The notes under the pieces: model-generated
Databases searched by the model: none
What the model was told of the DNA's origin: nothing
What the model saw: only the letters and a program-made list of their open reading frames with translations
Made by a program: the position numbers and the translations under genes
DNA from: Dehalococcoidia bacterium
GTDB taxonomy: Bacteria > Chloroflexota > Dehalococcoidia > Lucifugimonadales > UBA1123
Length of the DNA: 64,000 bases
Direction of reading: 5' to 3'
NCBI GenBank assembly: GCA_965214745.1
Contig: OZ243978.1
Span: forward strand, 2,722,491 to 2,786,490
Part shown: in pieces, positions 1 to 9,983 of the stretch
How positions within the stretch are numbered: position 1 is the first letter of the stretch
Layout of the letters: every line of letters begins with the position of its first letter

Positions 1-1701
1 GCGGGCAAGCTCGCCAAGCTGCGCTCCTCGCTAAACGGCGCGCTGCCGGAAGGCGGCGTGGGCATCGGACATACGCGCTGGGCTACGCACGGCGCGCCGA
101 CAGACGCCAACGCGCACCCGCACGCCGATTGCGGCGGCGAAACGCTCGTAGTCCACAACGGCATCGTCGAGAATTACGGCGATCTGCGGCGCGAGCTTGC
201 CGCGCGCGGGCATGAGTTCAGCTCGCAGACCGATTCGGAGTGCATCCCTCACCTGATAGAAGAGCATATGGGGGAGGGGCGAACTCTGACGGAAGCGGTG
301 CGCCTGACGGCGCGAAAGGTTCGGGGCGCGAACGCCATAGTCGCGCTTTCGACGCGGGAGCCGGGCAAGATAGTCGGCGCGCGGCTCGGCAACGCGGGCG
401 GCATAGTGGTCGGCGCGACGGCGGGCGGCGGCGTGCTCTCCTCGGACCTGCCCGCTATCCTCCCGCATACGCGCGACGTCGTCTACTTGGCGGACGGCGA
501 AATCGTCTCGCTCGGCGGCGGCGAATTGTCTTTCGAAGACCTAGACGGCGCGCCGCTCAGCAAGCCACCCATCCGCATCGCGCACAGCGCGATGTCCGCC
601 GCCAAGGGCGAACACAAACACTTCATGCACAAGGAGATATGCGAGCAGCCGGAGGCTATCATCGCCGCGCTGAGCGGCAGAGTGTCGTTCGACGACCTCA
701 CGGTGGATCTGTCTGAGCTAGAGCTGCCGCCCGATCTGTTCGACACCGTTCAGCGCGTCATATTCGTGGGCATGGGCACGAGCCTTCACGCCGCGATGCT
801 CGGCAGGCGGTGGATGGAGACGCTGGCGCGGCTGCCATCCGAGTACGACAATTCTTCTGAATTCAGATACCGCGAACCGCCGCTGGACGATAGAACGCTC
901 GTCGTGTCCGTCGGGCAGTCCGGCGAGACGGTGGACACGCTGGCGGCGATGGAGCTTGCGCGCGAGCGCGGCGCGCGACAGATTACGCTGTGCAACTATC
1001 CCGGAACGCAGGCGACACGGCTCGCCGACCACACGCTGCCGCTGCGCGCGGGCTTGGAAATTGGCGTCGCCGCAACCAAAACGTTCATGTGCTCGCTCGT
1101 GGGGCTGCTGCTGCTCGCCATAGAGTTCGGGACGCGCAGGGGCGCGCTAGGCGACGCCGAGCGGCGCGCGCTGGTTTCGGAGATAGCGTCTCTGCCGGAT
1201 ATGGTCGGCTCACTGATAGCGGACGAAAGCCGCTGCGCCGACATCGCGCGAAAGTACGCGCGCCGCTCGGACTTCCTCTATCTGGGCAGGGGATACGGCT
1301 TTCCGCTGGCTATGGAGGGGGCGCTCAAGCTCAAGGAGATAAGCTACATCCACGCGGAAGGCTACCCGGCTGGCGAAATGAAGCATGGACCCATTTCGCT
1401 GATAGACGAGCGTATGCCGACGGTAGCCATCGCGCCGCGCGACTCGATGCGCGACAAGATGCGCTCCAATATCAACGAGGCGCTGGCGCGCGGCGGCAGC
1501 GTCATCGCGGCGCTCACGCGCGGCGATGACGAGATAGCCGAGCTTGCAAACGACGCGATACCCTTGCCGCCGGCGTCCGAACCTATCTTGCCTATCCTCG
1601 TCGCCGTGCCGATGCAGATGCTCGCCTACCACATCGGCGTTCTGCGCGGATGCGACGTGGACCAGCCGAGAAACCTCGCAAAGACGGTTACGGTGGAATA
1701 A
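1..1701 (+). CDS. glmS: glutamine--fructose-6-phosphate aminotransferase (isomerising), 5' end cut by window edge
   Basis: Frame 1 is open from nt 1 (AGKLAKLRSSLNGALPEGGVGIGHTRWATHG...). GATase-2 motif GHTRWATHG, SIS-domain region, GlmS-type C-terminus ...DVDQPRNLAKTVTVE. Confidence 0.95.
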   Translation, partial: AGKLAKLRSSLNGALPEGGVGIGHTRWATHGAPTDANAHPHADCGGETLVVHNGIVENYGDLRRELAARGHEFSSQTDSECIPHLIEEHMGEGRTLTEAVRLTARKVRGANAIVALSTREPGKIVGARLGNAGGIVVGATAGGGVLSSDLPAILPHTRDVVYLADGEIVSLGGGELSFEDLDGAPLSKPPIRIAHSAMSAAKGEHKHFMHKEICEQPEAIIAALSGRVSFDDLTVDLSELELPPDLFDTVQRVIFVGMGTSLHAAMLGRRWMETLARLPSEYDNSSEFRYREPPLDDRTLVVSVGQSGETVDTLAAMELARERGARQITLCNYPGTQATRLADHTLPLRAGLEIGVAATKTFMCSLVGLLLLAIEFGTRRGALGDAERRALVSEIASLPDMVGSLIADESRCADIARKYARRSDFLYLGRGYGFPLAMEGALKLKEISYIHAEGYPAGEMKHGPISLIDERMPTVAIAPRDSMRDKMRSNINEALARGGSVIAALTRGDDEIAELANDAIPLPPASEPILPILVAVPMQMLAYHIGVLRGCDVDQPRNLAKTVTVE

Positions 1702-1790
1702 TAGGCGCGCGGCGCAAAGCGCGATTGCGAGCGCGGCTCTTCGCCAATACAATGCGCGAAACCGCCTAGCCGCGCGGAGGAGATTCGCCG

Positions 1791-2516
1791 ATGTCCGCCC
1801 AAGACCAAATCCCAGAAGAAACGCTGCTGACGCTGAAAGGCATCCCAACCCAGACTCTGATAGACGCGCTCTGGGTAAAAGGCTGGCCTCAAGGATACAT
1901 CGAGGGCGCGCGTCCGCTCACGCTGGGGCAGCGCATGGCGGCGCGCGCGGTAACGCTGCGATTCGTGCCGCACAGACCAGACCTTGCGGACGACAAGCCG
2001 AAGGGAGACCGCTCGGCGGAGTACGTCGCAATCGAAATGTGCGGCCCAAGCGAGGCGCTGGTTGTGGACGCGATGGGCTGGAAGTACAGCTCAATCGGCG
2101 GAGACATCAAGTTCTTCAGGCTGATGCAGCGCGGCGTCGGCGGGCTGGTCACGGATGGCGCGGTCAGAGACAGCGTCGCGCTGCGCGAATACGGCTTCCC
2201 CGTGTTCAGCGCGTCTACCACCGCCAAGCAGGGGCCAGCGGAGTTCTGGCCGTGGCAGGTGGGCGACGCCATCCAGTGCGGCGGCGCGCTGGTGCGGCCG
2301 GGAGACGCCGTAGTGGGCGACGACGATGGCGTTGTAGTAGTGCCTAAGTCCGAAGTGAACGACGTAATCGCAATCGCCCGCCAGCGGGAAGAGGTCGAGG
2401 AGATAGTCAAGGCGCAGCTGGAAATCGAGCGCTGCTCGCCCGGCAAATACTACCCATTCAACGAAGAGACTTGGAAGCTGTACGAGGCGAAAACCGGGAA
2501 GAAGAGGCCAAACTAA
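1791..2516 (+). CDS. RraA-family protein (RraA / 4-hydroxy-4-methyl-2-oxoglutarate aldolase-like)
   Basis: 241-aa ORF with GGAGGAG upstream. RraA-type core ...GGDIKFFRLMQRGVGGLVTDGAVRDS...GDAVVGDDDGVVVVP. Confidence 0.65.
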   Translation: MSAQDQIPEETLLTLKGIPTQTLIDALWVKGWPQGYIEGARPLTLGQRMAARAVTLRFVPHRPDLADDKPKGDRSAEYVAIEMCGPSEALVVDAMGWKYSSIGGDIKFFRLMQRGVGGLVTDGAVRDSVALREYGFPVFSASTTAKQGPAEFWPWQVGDAIQCGGALVRPGDAVVGDDDGVVVVPKSEVNDVIAIARQREEVEEIVKAQLEIERCSPGKYYPFNEETWKLYEAKTGKKRPN

Positions 2517-2523
2517 AAGGATC

Positions 2524-2733
2524 ATGGACAACGCGCCGCAAGAGACGACGAAACTAACCGCCAAAGACATCGCAACGCTTGGCGGGACAGTCGGCATGGA
2601 GATAGAGCGCTCGCGCGCCGAGACCGCCGCGCCGCGTCTGAGCGGAATGCTGGACGAGCTGTGCCGCCTGCCGGAGCGTCGGCTGGCGGCGGCCGATCCG
2701 GCGATGCGGTTCGGCGTCGAGCGAGACGAGTAG
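2524..2733 (+). CDS. AtzG-like / DUF4089-like small protein (GatC-like partner of the downstream amidase)
   Basis: 69-aa ORF ending 1 nt before the amidase start codon. The size, position and Ala/Arg/Leu-rich helical sequence match the small subunit that accompanies AtzE-type amidases. Assigned from context and memory of the family. Confidence 0.45.
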   Translation: MDNAPQETTKLTAKDIATLGGTVGMEIERSRAETAAPRLSGMLDELCRLPERRLAAADPAMRFGVERDE

Positions 2734-2734
2734 C

Positions 2735-4156
2735 ATGGCGAACCCAGACCTCCACCACCTAGCCATCTCCGAGCTTGCCGCGCTGATTCGCGGCGGAGAG
2801 CTGTCGCCCGTCGAGCTTACCCGCGCCTACCTAGACCGCATCGAGCGGCTGGATGACACGCTGGGCGCATATGTCACCGTCATGGCGGATTCCGCGCTGG
2901 CGGAAGCGTCGCGCGCCGAGTCGGAGATAGCCGGCGGCGGTCGCTTGGGCGCTCTTCACGGCATCCCCATCGCGGTGAAAGACATCATCTACACGAAGGG
3001 AACGCTCACGAGCGCGGGATCGCGCGCGCTTGCCGACCACGTTCCAGAGTGCGACTCTACCATCGTCGAACGTCTGCGCTCGGCGGGCGCGGTGCTGCTG
3101 GGCAAGCTGAACCTGAGCGAATTCGCCATGGGCGGCACTATAGACCACCCATACGGAACGCCGCGCAACCCATGGAACGTCGCGCGCTCGGCGGGCGGCT
3201 CCAGCAGCGGCTCGGCGGTTGCGGTGGCTGGCGGGCTGTGCGGCGGCGCGCTCGGATCGGACACGGGCGGCTCTATACGAGGCCCAAGCGCGTTCTGCGG
3301 CATAGTGGGGCTTCGCCCAACATACGGGCGCGTAACGCGGTACGGCGTGTTTCCCATGAGCTGGAGTCTCGACACCGTGGGGCCTATGGCGCGCAGCGTC
3401 GAAGACTGCGCCATCATATTGCGGGCAATCGCGGGGCGGGACGCGCGAGACGCCTCCACGAGCGCGGCGGACGTGGAGGACTACGCGGGGGCGCTCGGCG
3501 ACGCTCGGACGACAGCCCGCATAGCCCTGCCCCGAGAGGCGTTCGAGTACGACGGGCTGGACGCCGAAGTCCGCGCGGCGACGCTGGCGGCGACGGACAC
3601 GCTCGCCGAGCTTGGCGCGGAAGTCGAAGAAGTCAGCATGCCCGCGCTGCCGCAGAGCGGCGCGGCGTTCCTCGCAACCGCGGATGTGGATGCGGCGACG
3701 CATCACCGCCGCAGGCTAGCGGAGCGCGGAGAGCTGTACGACTGGAACACGCGGACGCGGCTGGAGACGGCGGCGCTCACCCCGGCGACCGCCTACCTGC
3801 GCGGGCTGCGAGCGCGCTCGCTAATCAGGGACGAGATGCGAGCCGCTCTGCGGCGGGCGGACTTCATCGTCCTGCCGTCCGCGCCCACCGTCGCGCCGCC
3901 GATAGAGCAATCCACCGGCTCGCCCGGCGGATACTATCAGGGGCGGCTCGATCTGGGACGGCGGAGATACACAAGCCCCGCCGCGCTCGCGGGGCTGCCC
4001 GCCATCTCGGCGCCGTGCGGATTCGACGCGAACGGCATGCCCATCGGCTTGCAGATAGTGGGACGCCCGTTCGCGGAAGCCGAACTGCTCCGCGTCGCCC
4101 ACGCCTACGAGCTTGCCGCCGGCTGGCGGGATAGGCGCGCGGGAGCGGCGGTTTAG
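2735..4156 (+). CDS. amidase-signature family amidohydrolase (AtzE/GatA-like)
   Basis: 473 aa. Amidase signature GGSSSGSAVAVAGGLCGGALGSDTGGSIRGPSAFCGIVGLRPTYGRV with a Ser-cisSer-Lys-type context (IAVKD). Confidence 0.9.
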   Translation: MANPDLHHLAISELAALIRGGELSPVELTRAYLDRIERLDDTLGAYVTVMADSALAEASRAESEIAGGGRLGALHGIPIAVKDIIYTKGTLTSAGSRALADHVPECDSTIVERLRSAGAVLLGKLNLSEFAMGGTIDHPYGTPRNPWNVARSAGGSSSGSAVAVAGGLCGGALGSDTGGSIRGPSAFCGIVGLRPTYGRVTRYGVFPMSWSLDTVGPMARSVEDCAIILRAIAGRDARDASTSAADVEDYAGALGDARTTARIALPREAFEYDGLDAEVRAATLAATDTLAELGAEVEEVSMPALPQSGAAFLATADVDAATHHRRRLAERGELYDWNTRTRLETAALTPATAYLRGLRARSLIRDEMRAALRRADFIVLPSAPTVAPPIEQSTGSPGGYYQGRLDLGRRRYTSPAALAGLPAISAPCGFDANGMPIGLQIVGRPFAEAELLRVAHAYELAAGWRDRRAGAAV

Positions 4157-4195
4157 CCTTTACCCGCAAACCCCGAAAGCGTTAGGCTATATCAA

Positions 4196-4270
4196 CGGGG
4201 TGTGGCGCAGCGGGAGCGCGCCTGTTTTGGGAACAGGAGGTCGGCGGTTCGATCCCGCCCACCCCGACCA
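4196..4270 (+). tRNA. tRNA-Pro (anticodon TGG), CCA encoded
   Basis: Hand-folded cloverleaf. Acceptor CGGGGTG/CACCCCG, D stem GCGC/GCGC, anticodon stem CCTGT/ACAGG with loop TTTGGGA (TGG, G37), T arm GGCGG-TTCGATC-CCGCC, discriminator A, then CCA. Confidence 0.9.
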
Positions 4271-4320
4271 CGCTTTCTTCACTAGCGCAAAGCCTTTCGC
4301 GTCGTTCGCGCATCGGATAT

Positions 4321-4977
4321 ATGGACGCTCCAATTGCCGAAACGAACGCCGCTCCGCCCGGTTCGGATGTCTTCGCGCCGAACGACTGGTGGAAGCGCCC
4401 GTTCGATCTTACGATACTCGTTCTAGCTCACGTCGCGCTCGCGCCGCTGTGGGCGGTTCTCTGGACTGCGATACCGCTTGCCATCTGGCTGCACGACCGG
4501 GGACCCGTGTTCTACACTCAAGCGCGGCTGGGCAAGGGCGGGCGCGTGTTCAAGATGTACAAGTTCCGCTCGATGGCGCCGGATGCCGAAGCGGTCAGCG
4601 GCGCGGTGTGGGCGGCGGAAGACGACCCCCGCATTACGCCTGTGGGCAGGTTTCTGCGCGCAAGAGCGCTCGACGAGCTGCCGCAGGTAATCAACATGTG
4701 GCGAGGCGACATCAGCCTCGTGGGTCCGCGAGCCGAGCGCCCCGAGCTTGCCGCGCGCTTTGCCGAGGAGCGCCCCTCGTTCCGGAACCGCTTGGCGGTG
4801 CGTCCCGGCATGACAGGCGTCGCGCAGGTATACGGGCGCTACTCCACCCTGCCCCGCAACAAGCTGCGGTACGATTTCCTGTACATCAAGCGAATGTCGC
4901 CATGCCTAGACATTCGCCTAGCGGTCATGTCGATTGCGCTCACGGTTCGCGGGCGCTGGCAGTCCGGAGATCGGTAG
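4321..4977 (+). CDS. undecaprenyl-phosphate sugar phosphotransferase (bacterial sugar transferase family, WbaP/EpsL-like C-terminal domain type)
   Basis: 218 aa with one N-terminal TM segment. Motifs GKGGRVFKMYKFRSM, PRITPVGRFLRARALDELPQ, NMWRGDISLVGPRAERPE. Confidence 0.85.
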   Translation: MDAPIAETNAAPPGSDVFAPNDWWKRPFDLTILVLAHVALAPLWAVLWTAIPLAIWLHDRGPVFYTQARLGKGGRVFKMYKFRSMAPDAEAVSGAVWAAEDDPRITPVGRFLRARALDELPQVINMWRGDISLVGPRAERPELAARFAEERPSFRNRLAVRPGMTGVAQVYGRYSTLPRNKLRYDFLYIKRMSPCLDIRLAVMSIALTVRGRWQSGDR

Positions 4978-5000
4978 TCGGCGGGATTTCGCGCGGCGGC

Positions 5001-7040
5001 TCACCTTCCCGACCGCGCCGCCTCCAACTCTTCCTGCCATTGCGCCACCCGCTTGGACTGCCGCAGATTAGGCGCCATGCGGATAAGCTCGTCCGTGTAC
5101 AGCCGCGCCGCATCCATCTGCGAAGGATCTCGCAGCGCGGCTTGCTGGTAGAACCTCGCGAGCGCCGCGAGCGCCTGCCAACTGAACGGCTCCGCCTCTA
5201 TCGCAATGCCGCCCTCGGCTTCGACGACTTGCAAGGCGAGCGCATACTCCTCATCCGGCATGTCCGGCGCTTCTCGCGCCGCGCTTTCTATTAGCCGTAT
5301 CCGCTCGTAATTCCCCAACGGCGGAAAGCGATCGATCCCCGCTGTGGAGATTTCCAATCGATCCGTCCACGTCCCGCTATGCAGATTGGCGTTTCTGAGA
5401 ATTCGGGCGGCAGCCATCGGCTGGTAGCTGTACGCGACAGTCGCGGCTGCGAGCGCCGCTATGACTGCCGCCGCCAAGACGCGCGCCCGCCAAGCGCCTG
5501 CGAATAGCGGGGGCGGTTCCGAATCCCGCTCGCCTGACTTGCTCCCCCTCGGTTGGGAAGGGCGATTCCAACGGCTGATTTTCCGCCACGCAGCGTCTGC
5601 CCATGCAGGCGCGGAGCGCCATCCCCATCCCGCGTCGCCAGCCGCCTCGCGCTCCTCCTGCGCGAAGTACGCCACGATGAGCGCGAACATCAGCATTGAC
5701 GTCGGCGTCTCCACCTGAACCATGCTTTGGGCGAAGAACGCCGCGCCCGCCGCGCAGTAGGCGGCGATCTCCGCGCGCCCGCCCGCCCTTTCGCGCCGCA
5801 GCGCAAGCGCAGCCGCGCGCGCCATCGCGAGCCATAGGATGATGAAAGCGGCAAAACCCGCCGCCCCCTTGCCGGACAGCTCTTCCACCGCCTTGTTGTG
5901 CGCGTAGTCGAGGTTTTGGTTGGAAACATGACCGGGTTCTAAGAATTTACCCCACATCGCGGAGAAATTCTCAGGCCCCCAGCCGAGGATCGGACGCTCG
6001 GCAAACGCTTTCAGCCCAATCTCGACGGCGGCGATCCTATCCTGAACGCTTCCCCCGTCGTCGCGTATCCGCACAAGCACCTGACTGCTCTGAACCAGAG
6101 GATCGAAATTGTCGGTGAAGACTATCGCGGCGATAGACGCCGCGCCTACTAGAACGAATACTACGGCGGCGGCGGCGGCCCACTTCATCCTCGTGGATAC
6201 TGGTCCAACCAGCAGAGCGACGCCGAACACGAGCAGCGCGACGATGAGCGCGATCAGCCCTGCGCGAGAGCCTGTCAGCCACAGCGCCCATAAGTTCAGC
6301 AGTATAGCCGCGAATATCAGAACGCGGACTGCAAGCATCCAGCCAATGAGCGGAGTCGCGCTCCTCTCACTCTTGCCGCGCCGCGCCGCGCGACGGCGGC
6401 GGTGGCGGCGGGAGATAGCCGAGCGCGGCGGCGGCTGAGACTTGCGGCGCGAGGGTCGAATCAGAAGCCCGAGACCGATTGTCACGCTGACCAAGGCATA
6501 CGTTCCTAAGAAGGTGGCGTTTCCCAGCGTGGAGTGAACCCTGTCTTCGTGCAGCGCGATTCCCAGGTCGATCATCCCGTGCCACGCGGCTACGCCCACT
6601 GCGGACACGACGGCGCTCATGAAGAGGTTGGCGGTGAACAGCAGCCTCCATTCCGACCGCGCGCGAAACACGGACGACACGACCAAGACGAACGCGAACC
6701 AGTGCGCGAGGTCGACGACGCCCTGCATCCGCTCGTAGTTCGACCAGAAGCTGCGCGTTGGGCTTGCGCCGAACAAAGCGGCGACGGCGGAGATAGCCAG
6801 CCAGAGCGCGAACGCGATGAGAATGCGAGACTTGGACGGGCGCAGATCCGGGAAGATAATTATGGCTATCAGCCAGAGCGCGAACGCGATTTCTATCAGC
6901 AGCCGCATATAGACTGCCTTTCCCACGATGAGCGGGAACAGGGAGCTAGGCGTGACTATGAGCGGGGAAACCAGAGTCAGCACAACGACGAGCTGTATCG
7001 CCAAAAGCAGAGCTTGGCGATACGCGAAGCCTCCGTTCAT
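5001..7040 (-). CDS. O-antigen ligase / Wzy_C-family polytopic membrane protein with C-terminal soluble helical (TPR-like) domain
   Basis: Many TM segments and a Wzy_C-like motif ...LDYAHNKAVEELSGKGAAGFAAFIILWL. Start placed at MNGGFAYRQ (7040) because the longer ORF (to 7211) would run into the glyQS promoter region. Contains an Arg-rich low-complexity loop (RKSQPPPRSAISRRHRRRRAARRGKSER). Confidence 0.65.
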   Translation of the reverse strand: MNGGFAYRQALLLAIQLVVVLTLVSPLIVTPSSLFPLIVGKAVYMRLLIEIAFALWLIAIIIFPDLRPSKSRILIAFALWLAISAVAALFGASPTRSFWSNYERMQGVVDLAHWFAFVLVVSSVFRARSEWRLLFTANLFMSAVVSAVGVAAWHGMIDLGIALHEDRVHSTLGNATFLGTYALVSVTIGLGLLIRPSRRKSQPPPRSAISRRHRRRRAARRGKSERSATPLIGWMLAVRVLIFAAILLNLWALWLTGSRAGLIALIVALLVFGVALLVGPVSTRMKWAAAAAVVFVLVGAASIAAIVFTDNFDPLVQSSQVLVRIRDDGGSVQDRIAAVEIGLKAFAERPILGWGPENFSAMWGKFLEPGHVSNQNLDYAHNKAVEELSGKGAAGFAAFIILWLAMARAAALALRRERAGGRAEIAAYCAAGAAFFAQSMVQVETPTSMLMFALIVAYFAQEEREAAGDAGWGWRSAPAWADAAWRKISRWNRPSQPRGSKSGERDSEPPPLFAGAWRARVLAAAVIAALAAATVAYSYQPMAAARILRNANLHSGTWTDRLEISTAGIDRFPPLGNYERIRLIESAAREAPDMPDEEYALALQVVEAEGGIAIEAEPFSWQALAALARFYQQAALRDPSQMDAARLYTDELIRMAPNLRQSKRVAQWQEELEAARSGR

Positions 7041-7218
7041 CGCTGTCGTCCGGCTTGCCAACGAGATTCCTCCAGGGGCGCGGTATGAGAGAATTATACA
7101 AAAATCAGGCGTCTGGGATTCGCGCGCCCTTGTTTGCGGCAAGCCCCGCTTGCAAGCTCGCGCGGCGAGCAGCCGCCCTTGCCTATGGGGGGCGGCATTC
7201 TCTATCCTCAATTCGAGA

Positions 7219-8598
7219 ATGCCGCCCCACTATAGTGACCGAGAGACGGAAGTGAAGCAGACGAACGACCGCGTAGACCTCGAAAAGATAGTGTCGCTGT
7301 GCAAGCGTCGCGGGTTCATCTTCCAGAGCAGCGAGATCTACGGCGGTTTGGCAAGCACCTGGGACTATGGGCCTCTCGGCGTCGAGCTGAAGAAGAACGT
7401 CAAGGATTCGTGGTGGCGAACCTTCGTCTGGGAGCGCGATGACGTCGTCGGGCTGGACGCGGCGATTCTGATGCACCCGGACGTTTGGCGCGCCAGCGGG
7501 CATGTCGCCAGCTTCGCCGATCCGCTCGTCGAATGCCGCAGATGCCACCGCCGCTTCCGCGAAGACCACATAGAAGGCGACGGCTGCCCGGACTGCGGCG
7601 GCGCGCTCACAGAAGCGCGACAGTTCAACCTGATGTTCAAGACGTTCATAGGGCCTGTGGAAGATCAGGCGTCCGAAGTATACCTGCGCCCCGAAACCGC
7701 GCAAGGCATATTCGTAAACTTCGACAACGTGCTGACCGCCACGCGCAAGCGGCTTCCGTTCGGGATAGCCCAAATCGGCAAGGTTTTTAGGAACGAGATA
7801 ACGACGGGCGGCTTCATCTTCCGAACGCGCGAGTTCGAGGCGATGGAGATAGAATACTTCGTGACGCCGGGCGAGGACGAAGCCTTCCATGAGCGCTGGA
7901 TAGAAGACTGCGTTGGCTGGTACACGCGGCTCGGCGTCGCGCCGGAGCGGCTTCGCGTGCGCGAACACGAGGCGGAGGAGCTTTCGCACTACTCCAAGGC
8001 GACGTCGGACATCGAATACCTCTACCCGTGGGGATGGGGCGAGATTCAGGGAATCGCCAACCGCACCGATTACGACCTGCGCGCGCACGCCGAAGCCAGC
8101 GGGCATCGGCTGACGTACTTCGATCAGGCGGCGGGCAAGCACATAGTCCCATACGTAATCGAGCCGGCGGCGGGCGTGGACCGCTCCGCCATGACGTTCC
8201 TAGTGGACGCCTACAGCGAGGAAGAGGTCGAGACGCCCGCCGGCAAGACGGAGACGCGCGCGCTGCTGAAGCTGCACCCGGAGATAGCGCCCGTAAAGGT
8301 CGCGATACTGCCGCTGAGCAGAAACGCGCGGCTTGCGCCCACCGCGCGCGAAACGTTCGAGGCGGTGCGGCGGTCGGGACTCATCCCCGGCTTCGTGCAG
8401 TACGACGACACGCAGAGCATAGGACGCCGCTACCGCCGACAAGACGAGATAGGCACCCCGCTGTGCGTTACGGTGGATTTCGACACGATAGACGACCGCG
8501 CGGTTACGATTCGGGATAGGGATACGATGCTGCAAACGCGCGTTCCAATAGACGCGCTGCCTTCGGAGCTGTCGCGTCGGCTGGCGGCGGCGGAGTGA
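7219..8598 (+). CDS. glyQS: glycine--tRNA ligase (dimeric class II GlyQS type)
   Basis: Start chosen at MPPHYSDRE... (ATG 7219), giving 459 aa. Motifs KRRGFIFQSSEIYGG, WDYGPLGVELKKN, FRNEITTGGFIFRTREFEAMEIEYF, GVDRS. Confidence 0.93.
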   Translation: MPPHYSDRETEVKQTNDRVDLEKIVSLCKRRGFIFQSSEIYGGLASTWDYGPLGVELKKNVKDSWWRTFVWERDDVVGLDAAILMHPDVWRASGHVASFADPLVECRRCHRRFREDHIEGDGCPDCGGALTEARQFNLMFKTFIGPVEDQASEVYLRPETAQGIFVNFDNVLTATRKRLPFGIAQIGKVFRNEITTGGFIFRTREFEAMEIEYFVTPGEDEAFHERWIEDCVGWYTRLGVAPERLRVREHEAEELSHYSKATSDIEYLYPWGWGEIQGIANRTDYDLRAHAEASGHRLTYFDQAAGKHIVPYVIEPAAGVDRSAMTFLVDAYSEEEVETPAGKTETRALLKLHPEIAPVKVAILPLSRNARLAPTARETFEAVRRSGLIPGFVQYDDTQSIGRRYRRQDEIGTPLCVTVDFDTIDDRAVTIRDRDTMLQTRVPIDALPSELSRRLAAAE

Positions 8599-8659
8599 CG
8601 TTCGGCGATGGCTCGGCGAACCCGTCGCCGGCTTCGCGGCATCGAATATCCGAACGCCA

Positions 8660-9193
8660 ATGAAACGCTTGCGCCCCACAACGAGAATCGCGATGAGCGC
8701 GCTTGTCGCCGCAGCCGTCGCGCTGACGCTCGCGTCATGCGGCGGGGACGGCGAGGCGGCGCCGGACTTTGAGCTGACGCTGTTCGCCAACGCCGAGCAT
8801 TCGAGCGGGGATACGGCGCGACTTTCGGACTTCGAGGGGATGCCGGTGGTGCTGAACTTCTGGTTTCCGTCTTGCCCGCCGTGCGTGGCGGAGATGCCGG
8901 ACTTCGAGCTGGCGCATCAACGCTACAAGAGCGAGGGCGTGAGATTCATCGGCGTTCAGCTAATCGGGCTGGACACGGCGGAGGACGGGCAAGCGTTCGT
9001 GGAGCGGCTCGGCGTGAACTACATGCTCGGACCCGACCGCAGCGGGAATACGCTCGGCGGAATCGTCAAAGACTACGCCGTGGCGGGCTTCCCCACGACG
9101 GTGTTTATCGACAGGCGGCATCGAATCGCGCGGCAGTGGACGGGTTCGCTCGATCTGGAGAAGCTCGAAGAGTTCATCGCGGAGATACTTTAG
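8660..9193 (+). CDS. TlpA/ResA-like thiol:disulfide oxidoreductase lipoprotein
   Basis: Signal peptide plus lipobox LTLASCGG. Thioredoxin-fold motif NFWFPSCPPCVAEMP. Confidence 0.85.
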   Translation: MKRLRPTTRIAMSALVAAAVALTLASCGGDGEAAPDFELTLFANAEHSSGDTARLSDFEGMPVVLNFWFPSCPPCVAEMPDFELAHQRYKSEGVRFIGVQLIGLDTAEDGQAFVERLGVNYMLGPDRSGNTLGGIVKDYAVAGFPTTVFIDRRHRIARQWTGSLDLEKLEEFIAEIL

Positions 9194-9215
9194 CCACAGA
9201 TGGAACGGAGCGCAG

Positions 9216-9710
9216 TTGTCCGCTAACGACGTGTTCATGCTCGTCGTGCGTTGGCTCCACGTGACCGCGTCCGCCGCGTGGGTCGGCGGCAGCATATTCT
9301 ACCTAGTCGCGCTTAGGCCCGCGCTCCGCAAGAGCGGCGAAGGCGGGCGAATCGTCAACCGCCACACGGCGGCTGAATTTCGCGTTCTGGTGGACATATG
9401 CTTCTTCATCATCGTCGTCACCGGCGTAAGCCTGACGTTCGACAGGCTGGAAGGCAGCGCGGCGGGGCCTGTGTACGTGGCGGTTCTCGCGCTCAAAGCG
9501 GCGCTCAGCGTATGGATGTTCCTGCTTGCGAGACGCCGGCGGCGCGGCGCGACGCTCGAAGCCTACAGACAGCGCCCCAAGCCGCCGACTAGCAGGCTGG
9601 GACGCGCAATCCGCGCTATCTCCGGCTACAATACGGTCGTAATCCTCGGCGTCGCAATCTTCCTGCTTGCCGACTTGCTGAACGAGCTTTACGAGATGGC
9701 GCTGAGCTGA
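9216..9710 (+). CDS. CopD-like four-TM membrane protein (hypothetical)
   Basis: 164 aa, TTG start (alternative ATG at 9237), 4 predicted TM helices. N-terminus VRWLHVTASAAWVGGSIFYLVALRP resembles CopD/YcnJ-type domains. Confidence 0.4.
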   Translation: MSANDVFMLVVRWLHVTASAAWVGGSIFYLVALRPALRKSGEGGRIVNRHTAAEFRVLVDICFFIIVVTGVSLTFDRLEGSAAGPVYVAVLALKAALSVWMFLLARRRRRGATLEAYRQRPKPPTSRLGRAIRAISGYNTVVILGVAIFLLADLLNELYEMALS

Positions 9711-9739
9711 GCGCGACAACCGCTAAAGGGGCAGCTGGC

Positions 9740-9961
9740 TTGCGAATAGAGTTGATGGAAATTCTGGTCTGCCCGATGTGCAGGGGGGATCTGGAACTGA
9801 GCGCGACCGAGCGGGACGGCGAGGAGATAGTGTCCGGCAGCCTGCGCTGCGTGGAGTGCGGCGAGGTCTACCCAATCGAAGACACTATCCCGAACATGCT
9901 GCCGCCGTCGCTCAGGGAGACGCCGCGGGATGGCGGCGAATCCGAATCCCCCTCGCCCTAA
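9740..9961 (+). CDS. Trm112-family zinc-ribbon protein
   Basis: LVCPMCRGDLEL...LRCVECGEVYPIEDTIPNML is the Trm112/DUF343 signature. TTG start at 9740; alternative ATG at 9755. Confidence 0.8.
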   Translation: MRIELMEILVCPMCRGDLELSATERDGEEIVSGSLRCVECGEVYPIEDTIPNMLPPSLRETPRDGGESESPSP

Positions 9962-9983
9962 CCCGCGCTCGCTCCCCAAGAGC

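Noticed and set aside
7041-7211. Longer N-terminus (57 extra codons) of the O-antigen-ligase-like ORF.
   Set aside because: The extension is hydrophilic, Arg-rich and overlaps the glyQS upstream region. The hydrophobic membrane protein begins naturally at MNGGFAYRQALLLAIQLVVV.
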